In this document: positions 1 through 7,228 of the stretch, one piece after another | How the letters are laid out: each line of letters starts with the position of its first letter | How positions within the stretch are numbered: the stretch's first letter is position 1 | Virus record (IMG/VR): IMGVR_UViG_3300005739_000450 | Location: 1 to 28,823 of that record | Reading direction: 5' to 3' (one strand) | From: a virus | Taxonomy: Duplodnaviria > Caudoviricetes | DNA: 28,823 nucleotides | The notes under the pieces: generated by a model | What the model was told of the DNA's origin: nothing | What the model saw: the letters and a program-made list of their open reading frames with translations, nothing else | Database searches by the model: none | Translations under genes and position numbers: made by a program

Positions 1-110
1 GAACCTGAACCATCTGTTTCTTGTAGTCCAACACTTACACCAACTCCAACTGTGACACCTACTGAACCTGAACCATCTGTTTCTTGTAGTCCAACACTTA
101 CACCAACTCC
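1..110 (+). repeat. Direct repeat, 47 nt identical, 63-nt period (in-frame, 21 codons)
   Basis: gaacctgaaccatctgtttcttgtagtccaacacttacaccaactcc at 1-47 and 64-110. Confidence 0.95.
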
Positions 111-1908
111 TACATGTAGTCCAACAAAAACTTGTACCCCTACACCAACAGAAACACCAACACCGACAGTAACACCAACGGTAAATTACTATTATTATTC
201 AGCGTTACTTTGCGGTTCTCCAAGTGCATTATATTATTTCCGTTCCACTGACCCATTACTACAAGACCACGCAGGTTCTATTTACGGATACTGTGATGAA
301 GCGCCCCATACAGCTTGTGGAGGTACTCCTCAATGTTTTGACAATATAAGTCCAGCATCTGGTACTCCTAATACAAACGATATTTTATTGACCTTTGACA
401 ACTGTGCTGAGTGTGAAGCGGGACTACCTTCACCGACACCAACTACTAGTGAATCTCCAACTCCTACTCCAACACCAACGGCAACACCTGGATGGGTTTA
501 TTTTATAAATTATCCTGAAAATGAGTTTGGAAATGATTATGCCCCGAATGCGAATGGTGAATTGGAATTTTATAATGCTGGTGGCATCAATCAGACAACA
601 TGGAATTTGAATATCAATTTTACAGGATTTAGTGTTGACGGTACGTACAACATATTTGAACTATACCAAAATGACTTAAACAATAAAAACATTATACCAA
701 CTCTTGACCTTCTGAATACTTCGGGTGGAACAATCACTTTCACACAACTCTCTAATACTGTAGAATATTGGGTGAATTCGGGTTCTGTCTACCCTGCGGG
801 AACAAACAAATTTTTTGAAACCGTGTGGTATTATCAATCAATCTCTGCCGCAACGTCGTATATTTCTGGAACTCCAATTAATGTATCAGTTGAAATTGGT
901 GGTCCTGGTCCAGCGGGTTGGTATTTGTATGTGACTTCAGGTGCAACACCATCGAGTGACTACCCAAATAACGGAAATATTTTTGTTCTTGATAACGACG
1001 GAAAATCTACTTTCAATATTTCCTACAGTGCTGGTACAAAAGAATACGGTTTCAATTATTATGATAGCGATGGTAATAATAGAACATCTGAGTTCCAAAG
1101 TTTGGCATCTAATGGGGGAACAGTAACATTCACACAGGGTTTAATTTCATGGGCGTTTTCAGGTACATCTTCACAATTTACCACAAACCCTGACGGAATT
1201 ACTTTGACTGTAGATAATATTTCACAATCAGTGCCGACCCTATTCTCAAGCACGAGCCCGAACTCATTTGACCTTTTAGTTACTGACTCACCAATAACAA
1301 TTTCTACTGAAATTTTACCAGCTGTGAGTCCAACGCCAACTAACACTGAAACGCCTTCGCCAACACCAACAATAACAGCTACAGAGACTCCAACTCAAAC
1401 TCCAACACCTACAAATACAGAAACACCTACTCCAACTCCATCGCCAACTTCTGGATTAGGAACAGGCTACTTTTTCAATTTAATTGCATTACCTTATAGT
1501 TTCCCATCTGATGGAAATGCTATTATGAATAACAACCCTACCCCTGTTGGTAGTACCGAAATTAATTTATTAGATACAGCAGGAAGAGGGTTTTATTTTT
1601 CAAGTTTGGACTACGATTCAGTAGATACAACACCATATTTTTCAGGTTTCACAGGTCAAAGTATCACAATGACATTCACACAAGGTGGTGATTCCGCAAT
1701 CTACTCGGGTGATACTGACTCATTCAAATTTTGGAGTGGAAATACAGGAGAACCCCCAGGCATACCAGGAACTGGTTTTGTATTTGGTACGGGAATAGGT
1801 TTTCCACCATTAAACATACCGTCAGGAAATGCTGTTCTCATTCAGTCGGCAACCACAACATGGGTAACTGGAGATACGGTATTTGTGAGCGCACAAATAT
1901 CACCGTAA
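1..1908 (+). CDS. Pro/Thr-rich (mucin-like) multidomain protein, probably virion surface/fibre; 5'-truncated
   Basis: Frame is open from base 1 (EPEPSVSCSPTLTPTP...), so GTG at 52 is probably not the true start. PT/PS tracts at about 1-183, 427-489 and 1318-1452 flank a Cys-rich segment and three related beta-rich domains (aromatic start, P..NG/GN, TFTQ). Confidence 0.75.
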   Translation, partial: EPEPSVSCSPTLTPTPTVTPTEPEPSVSCSPTLTPTPTCSPTKTCTPTPTETPTPTVTPTVNYYYYSALLCGSPSALYYFRSTDPLLQDHAGSIYGYCDEAPHTACGGTPQCFDNISPASGTPNTNDILLTFDNCAECEAGLPSPTPTTSESPTPTPTPTATPGWVYFINYPENEFGNDYAPNANGELEFYNAGGINQTTWNLNINFTGFSVDGTYNIFELYQNDLNNKNIIPTLDLLNTSGGTITFTQLSNTVEYWVNSGSVYPAGTNKFFETVWYYQSISAATSYISGTPINVSVEIGGPGPAGWYLYVTSGATPSSDYPNNGNIFVLDNDGKSTFNISYSAGTKEYGFNYYDSDGNNRTSEFQSLASNGGTVTFTQGLISWAFSGTSSQFTTNPDGITLTVDNISQSVPTLFSSTSPNSFDLLVTDSPITISTEILPAVSPTPTNTETPSPTPTITATETPTQTPTPTNTETPTPTPSPTSGLGTGYFFNLIALPYSFPSDGNAIMNNNPTPVGSTEINLLDTAGRGFYFSSLDYDSVDTTPYFSGFTGQSITMTFTQGGDSAIYSGDTDSFKFWSGNTGEPPGIPGTGFVFGTGIGFPPLNIPSGNAVLIQSATTTWVTGDTVFVSAQISP

Positions 1909-1938
1909 AAATTAAATAACTTTTTTTCTTGTAATCAC

Positions 1939-1945
1939 TATTTAT
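1939..1945 (+). promoter_or_regulatory. TATTTAT putative late-promoter motif
   Basis: 15 nt upstream of ATG 1961; the same motif precedes about a dozen genes in this window. Confidence 0.6.
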
Positions 1946-1960
1946 TAAGAAATACTCAAA

Positions 1961-2278
1961 ATGGCTTGTAGTAAATATATTTTAACAAACACGGGTTCGA
2001 CAATTGTAACCTTTAATTATCAGAAGTGTGAAGACGCTCAATGGCAGTATCAAGTTGAACTTAACCCCAATCAAACAAAAAACATTTGGTTATACGATGG
2101 TACTTATCAAATTGCTGAACCTTTTAAATTATTAGTGGTTCTTCAAAACACAGGTGCTTTTCCTCCAACCCCAACGCCATCTGTAACACCTACAATTACA
2201 CCAACTATTACAGTCACTCCTACATTGACACCAAGTATTACACCAACTAAAACACCAACACCTACTCCTTCGGCTTAA
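1961..2278 (+). CDS. Small protein with N-terminal Cys-containing beta domain and C-terminal PT-repeat tail
   Basis: 105 aa ORF ending in PPTPTPSVTPTITPTITVTPTLTPSITPTKTPTPTPSA; preceded by TATTTAT and followed by a terminator. Confidence 0.8.
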   Translation: MACSKYILTNTGSTIVTFNYQKCEDAQWQYQVELNPNQTKNIWLYDGTYQIAEPFKLLVVLQNTGAFPPTPTPSVTPTITPTITVTPTLTPSITPTKTPTPTPSA

Positions 2279-2303
2279 TTAAATTTTTTAAAGATATTAT
2301 ATC

Positions 2304-2340
2304 AAAACCCTACCTTTTTCGGTGGGGTTTTTTATTTTTT
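2304..2340 (+). terminator. Rho-independent terminator
   Basis: Stem AAAACCCTACC / GGTGGGGTTTT with 6-nt loop, followed by a T-rich tract. Confidence 0.8.
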
Positions 2341-2355
2341 AACAAACTTATAAAA

Positions 2356-3630
2356 ATGGCTAATAGTAAAATTTTTATTCAAATTGCATCATACCGTGAC
2401 CCCCAACTTGTTCCGACCATAAAAGACATGTTAGAAAATGCGAAAAAACCAAATAATTTAGTTTTGGGTATAGCAAGACAATATTCTGAATCAGACGGTT
2501 TTGACAATTTAGATGAATATAGAAATGATAAAAGATTCAAGATTTTAGATATCCCTTATGGAGAAGCAAAAGGAGTTTGCTGGGCTAGACATTTGGTACA
2601 ACAACTTTATGGTGGTGAAGGATACACTCTTCAGATTGATTCACACATGAGATTTGTTAAAGATTGGGATGATATCCTAATCAAAATGATAAAGGGTCTC
2701 CAAAAGGATGGGTACAAAAAACCTCTACTTACGGGTTACGTACCGTCCTTTGACCCTGAAAATGACCCAGCGGGAAGAGCAACTGACGCTTGGAGAATGG
2801 CTTTCGATAGATTTATTCCCGAAGGTGCGGTTTTTTTCCTACCTGAAACAATACCAGGTTGGCGAGAAATGACTAAACCTGTCACCGCTAGATTCTATTC
2901 TGCGCATTTTTGTTTTACATTGGGTGAATTTGCAAAAGAAGTTCAGCACAATCCTGAATATTATTTTCATGGAGAGGAAATATCAATCGCCGCAAGAGCC
3001 TATACTTGGGGGTATGATTTATTCCACCCTCATATGCCTGTTGTATATCACGAATATACACGTAAGGGAAGAACCAAACAATGGGATGACGATAAAACTT
3101 GGGGGGATAAAAACAAACATTCACATCTAACAAATAGAAAATTGTTTGGTATGGATGGCGAGAAACAAGAAGGACATGACGGTCAATTTGGTTTCGGTCC
3201 TGTAAGAACTTTGAGAGAGTATGAAAAATATGCTGGAATATTGTTTGAAAAAAGGGCTGTCCAACAATATACTTTGAATAAAAATTATCCTCCAAATCCA
3301 TATGATTATGATAATGAAGAGGATTGGAAAAATGATTTTGCCCAAGTATTCAAACATTGCATTGACGTGGCCTATTCACAAGTTCCTGAAAAAGATTATG
3401 ACTTTTGGGTGGTAGCTTTTCATGCTAAAGATGAAACAACACTATTTAGAAAAGATGCCGACAAAAATGAAATAGCGTCAATGATGAGAGACCCTGACAA
3501 ATATTGTAAAATTTGGAGAGAATTTCAGACGACTGAATTACCATCATATTGGGTTGTGTGGCCACATTCCGAAACCAAAGGTTGGTGTGACAGGTTGACT
3601 GGTCAGCTTAATCATAATCATGTTAGTTAA
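2356..3630 (+). CDS. GT60-like (Pfam 'GlcNAc' family) polypeptide alpha-GlcNAc transferase
   Basis: N-terminal IFIQIASYRDP, GVCWAR, metal-binding QIDSHMRF (DSH), FHGEE and VVYHEY motifs match the Skp1 GlcNAc-T / trypanosomatid OGNT family. Confidence 0.8.
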   Translation: MANSKIFIQIASYRDPQLVPTIKDMLENAKKPNNLVLGIARQYSESDGFDNLDEYRNDKRFKILDIPYGEAKGVCWARHLVQQLYGGEGYTLQIDSHMRFVKDWDDILIKMIKGLQKDGYKKPLLTGYVPSFDPENDPAGRATDAWRMAFDRFIPEGAVFFLPETIPGWREMTKPVTARFYSAHFCFTLGEFAKEVQHNPEYYFHGEEISIAARAYTWGYDLFHPHMPVVYHEYTRKGRTKQWDDDKTWGDKNKHSHLTNRKLFGMDGEKQEGHDGQFGFGPVRTLREYEKYAGILFEKRAVQQYTLNKNYPPNPYDYDNEEDWKNDFAQVFKHCIDVAYSQVPEKDYDFWVVAFHAKDETTLFRKDADKNEIASMMRDPDKYCKIWREFQTTELPSYWVVWPHSETKGWCDRLTGQLNHNHVS

Positions 3631-4192
3631 TTTTATGGATTTTTTATCAATAACAAATCAAGAACTTGATTCATTAGACTTATCATTTAATTCCCAAAAA
3701 ATAAAATCTGAGGAATATAAAAATTATTTTTTAGAAAAGTCTGGGAAAGAACATTATAGACTCTTGAATCATATTTCAAATTCTTTCGAAAAAATTAATA
3801 TTTTGGACATAGGAACACTAAAAGGGTGTTCAGCGCTCGCATTTTCGTCTAACGAAAAAAATAAAGTTTTTTCATTTAACTTACACGATGAGTTAGACTT
3901 AAACCAAAAACCTTCAAACATCGAATTTATTGTAGACAACGTTTTGAAAGTTGAATATAAGAGTTTAATACTTAGTTCAAGTTTTATCATGTTGGATACA
4001 TTTCACGACGGTGGATTTGAAAACGAGTTCTATGAATATCTTAAAACTATAGAATATAAGGGTCACCTTTTACTCGATGACATTCATTTGAATAACAATA
4101 TGGATAAATTTTGGACCTCAATTGATAAACCTAAAAATGATATAACCAACATTGGACATGTCAGTGGAACTGGTGTTGTTCACTTTGAATAG
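3620..4192 (+). CDS. Class I SAM-dependent methyltransferase (Methyltransf_24-like)
   Basis: ILDIGTLKGCSA motif I, MLDTFH, LLLDDI; the start may be ATG 3635. Confidence 0.75.
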   Translation: MLVNFMDFLSITNQELDSLDLSFNSQKIKSEEYKNYFLEKSGKEHYRLLNHISNSFEKINILDIGTLKGCSALAFSSNEKNKVFSFNLHDELDLNQKPSNIEFIVDNVLKVEYKSLILSSSFIMLDTFHDGGFENEFYEYLKTIEYKGHLLLDDIHLNNNMDKFWTSIDKPKNDITNIGHVSGTGVVHFE

Positions 4193-4199
4193 AATATCT

Positions 4200-4904
4200 A
4201 TGAATAATATTGCATTAGTAACCGCTCTTTTCGATTATCCAACAAATTACCTCCCATCTTTTTATAAAAATGCTTTAAAGTATTTTTCTGAAAGTGATAT
4301 TCATGTCGTAAGAAACTCGAATCTAATCACTGATGGTTCATATTATGATAAATTATATTATTATAAAACAGTCAAAGTTTTAGAATATATCAAACTAAAT
4401 TTAGAAAACAAATATGATTATATTTTGTTTTTAGATGCAACAGACACAAATTTTATAAAATCACCTGAAAATATTATTGAAAAATTCAAAAAATTGAATT
4501 GTAATATTGTTATGGGTGCTGAAAAAGGGTTATGGCCTCCGACAAACTATACTCATCTTTATGAGAAAAAAAGGGTGTTGAATGATACAAAATATCTGAA
4601 CTCAGGAACTTATTTCGGATACATGGATAAGGTTATTTATCATCTTAACGACATAATTGAAAAAGAATATCAAACAGGAATTGATGACCAAGGTAGATGG
4701 ACAATTCAATATCTTTTGAATGATGATATTATAATTGACCAAGAAAGAGATTTCTTTTTTAGCACTTTGGATAGTAAGGACAGGGTTTGTATCGAAAACA
4801 AAAACGTTTCTCTTATTGATTCAGATGCGTGTGTTATCCATGACAATGGTCCTCATACAGACTTAACAATCAAATTGACAAATTTTTTAAATGAAAACAA
4901 TTAG
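4200..4904 (+). CDS. PLOD/LH3-type glycosyltransferase domain protein
   Basis: ILFLDATD (DxxD), IVMGAEKGLWP, YLNSGTYFGY, DDQ and HDNG motifs resemble the GT domain of lysyl hydroxylase 3. ATG 4200 preferred over TTG 4152. Confidence 0.75.
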   Translation: MNNIALVTALFDYPTNYLPSFYKNALKYFSESDIHVVRNSNLITDGSYYDKLYYYKTVKVLEYIKLNLENKYDYILFLDATDTNFIKSPENIIEKFKKLNCNIVMGAEKGLWPPTNYTHLYEKKRVLNDTKYLNSGTYFGYMDKVIYHLNDIIEKEYQTGIDDQGRWTIQYLLNDDIIIDQERDFFFSTLDSKDRVCIENKNVSLIDSDACVIHDNGPHTDLTIKLTNFLNENN

Positions 4905-5877
4905 AATAACAAGAAAAGGTTTTCCAAATCATGGACAACATAGTTGGCTTAAATATTTTGAGTTTATTTTATCGAAAAAATATAATGTTATTCATGATTC
5001 TGACAATCCAGATTTAATTATAATGTCAGATTTATACTACAATGAAAATCAAATAGATACTTACTCAGGAAAACTTCCTGTTAAGTTTACACCACAAAAT
5101 GATAAGAATAAAAAGTTTCTTTATGTATCGGGCGAAGTGGCAGATTTCAAAACACCTGTTCTAAACAATGAAAATTTGTGGGCATTGGGTTATAATAAGT
5201 TCGAACATCCGAAATATCTAAGACAACCCTCTTGCGTTTTTGATGTATGGACTTTATTCAACGAATCAAGACTAACTGATTGTCCTTTGAGTTGGTTGAC
5301 TAATGGTAGAGATTTTGAAACAATAAAAAAAAGAAATTTAGATTTTTGTTGTATAACACAAGGTAGTGACAATCCCTTCAGAGGAAAAGTATTTGATAAG
5401 TTATCCGAATATAAATCTGTGAAATCATCTGGTCCTTGGAGACAAAATTTACATGGGTCAGAAACACTCAATAAGTATCAATGGTTGAATCCAATTTATA
5501 GTGGAAGAATTGATGGGTTGACTTATAGAGAAAAAATAAACTTTTTTCAGAAGTTTAAATTTAATATTGCAATTCATTTTACAAACACACCCTATATTGT
5601 TCAAGAAAAAATATTTCACGCTTTTTTTGCTGGATGTATACCCATTTTTTTTGGTAATGAATTTATATTGGAAGAGGGTTTCAATCCAAACTCATTCATC
5701 AATCTCCACAATTTCGACAACTTGGATGATTTTTTAGATTTAATTAAGAGGATTGATACTGATGAGGATTTGTATAAAAAATACATATCTGAACCAATTT
5801 ACGTCAATAATCAAATACCTGAGTATTTTGATTTCGAATATACTTTATCATTTTTAGAAAAAATAATAGAATCATAA
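4891..5877 (+). CDS. GT10 alpha-1,3-fucosyltransferase-like glycosyltransferase
   Basis: NPDLII, SGE, NPFR..FDKLSEYK.V.S.G and KFKFNIAI...EKIFHAFFAGCIPIFFG...FNPNSFIN resemble the bacterial GT10 signature. Confidence 0.8.
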   Translation: MKTIRITRKGFPNHGQHSWLKYFEFILSKKYNVIHDSDNPDLIIMSDLYYNENQIDTYSGKLPVKFTPQNDKNKKFLYVSGEVADFKTPVLNNENLWALGYNKFEHPKYLRQPSCVFDVWTLFNESRLTDCPLSWLTNGRDFETIKKRNLDFCCITQGSDNPFRGKVFDKLSEYKSVKSSGPWRQNLHGSETLNKYQWLNPIYSGRIDGLTYREKINFFQKFKFNIAIHFTNTPYIVQEKIFHAFFAGCIPIFFGNEFILEEGFNPNSFINLHNFDNLDDFLDLIKRIDTDEDLYKKYISEPIYVNNQIPEYFDFEYTLSFLEKIIES

Positions 5878-6590
5878 TGAAATATATTTTTACAACTTTA
5901 GCAGTAGGAAATGATTATTTGGAAAATGCCAGAAAATGTTATTCGGAATATAGTGAAAAATGTTCCGCGGATTTCAATATTACAACAAATGAATTGTGTG
6001 AGGTTGCCCCGAAAGTGAATTTAGATATTTTCAAACTTGACAAATATCATGATGACAAACCAGGTTTCTCTTTCTTTCTGAATTTGAAAGTTTTATCATT
6101 GAAATATTGTTTGGATAAAGGATATGATTTTATCATATACAACGATGCTGATTGGAGAATGACAGAGTCGTTCAGTGAAGAAAAAATTTTCAAAATGTTC
6201 AACTACATGAAGGATAATGATTTAGATTTGTTATTCGAACGACCAGCACCAATCGGTCCTCACAAAAGAAATTTAGACCATTGTTTTTTTGTTGAAAAAC
6301 TACATGACTATCATGTATTCGAACACGACAAATGGGATGAAGCTCACGTAATGAACGAACAATTTTTGGTTTTTAGAAATAATTGGAAGTTCAGATTTTT
6401 CGTTAGAAAATGGGAAGAGTTCTTATGGTATACTATCAAAAATAATATTAGAAATTATCCCGATGGTTTTGAGATTGGTGTTTCAGCGTTGGAATCGGAT
6501 ATGAAATGTGATTACTTAGCTTTCAGACATTTGATACCTGATTGTTTTGAATTTCACGATAAAACAGGTAAACTTTGGAAAAGATTTTAA
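5877..6590 (+). CDS. Putative GT-A fold glycosyltransferase
   Basis: TTLAVG..Y start and YDFIIYNDADW DxD motif; coupled to its neighbours in the glycan cluster. Confidence 0.55.
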   Translation: MKYIFTTLAVGNDYLENARKCYSEYSEKCSADFNITTNELCEVAPKVNLDIFKLDKYHDDKPGFSFFLNLKVLSLKYCLDKGYDFIIYNDADWRMTESFSEEKIFKMFNYMKDNDLDLLFERPAPIGPHKRNLDHCFFVEKLHDYHVFEHDKWDEAHVMNEQFLVFRNNWKFRFFVRKWEEFLWYTIKNNIRNYPDGFEIGVSALESDMKCDYLAFRHLIPDCFEFHDKTGKLWKRF

Positions 6591-6592
6591 TT

Positions 6593-7225
6593 ATGAATAT
6601 TGAAAACAGAATTACAAAATTAACAAATTTAGAAGTAAGTGACAGTCTTTCAGCTTACAACGGACACGCGGCTCAGCAAAGTCATAAAGCTTATCAAGTC
6701 TTTTATGACTTTCTAAGTGAAGTTAAACCAAAAAGAATATTAGAGATAGGAACTGCTTTAGGTGGTTTTACTGAATTCTTGTTTGAAGTCTGCCAAGAGT
6801 TAGGTTTGGATACAAAAATACTCAGTTTTGATATAGCAGAAAGACCTTGGTATAACCAAATGATAGAGAAAGGAATTGACATACGTTTAGAAAACGTATT
6901 TTCCGATGATTGGAAATCTGTTTCAGAGTATGTTGTTAATTTCATCAAAGAAGATGGGGTCACAGTTGTTCTTTGTGATGGCGGTTGGAAAATAGGTGAG
7001 TTCAATCTGTTATCCAATTATATCAAAGTTGGTGATTTTATTTTAGCACATGACTATGCGGAGGACAAAGAAAAATTTGAGAGAGACATCAATTGGAAAG
7101 TTTGGAATTGGCATGAAATTAAAGATTCAGACATTAGAGAATCCTCCGAAAGGAATAACTTAGAATTGTATGAAAAGGAAAAATTTGAAAACGCGGCTTG
7201 GACTTGTAGAAAAAAAGTAAATTAA
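6593..7225 (+). CDS. SAM-dependent methyltransferase (CmcI/Methyltransf_24-like)
   Basis: KPKRILEIGTALGG, ILSFDI, VLCDGG, GDFILAHD. ATG 6593 preferred over TTG 6575. Confidence 0.75.
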   Translation: MNIENRITKLTNLEVSDSLSAYNGHAAQQSHKAYQVFYDFLSEVKPKRILEIGTALGGFTEFLFEVCQELGLDTKILSFDIAERPWYNQMIEKGIDIRLENVFSDDWKSVSEYVVNFIKEDGVTVVLCDGGWKIGEFNLLSNYIKVGDFILAHDYAEDKEKFERDINWKVWNWHEIKDSDIRESSERNNLELYEKEKFENAAWTCRKKVN

Positions 7226-7228
7226 TTT

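Noticed and set aside
1-2278. Repeats as a CRISPR array or mobile-element ends
   Set aside because: They are in-frame coding repeats for Pro/Thr tracts, with no repeat-spacer structure and no cas or transposase genes.
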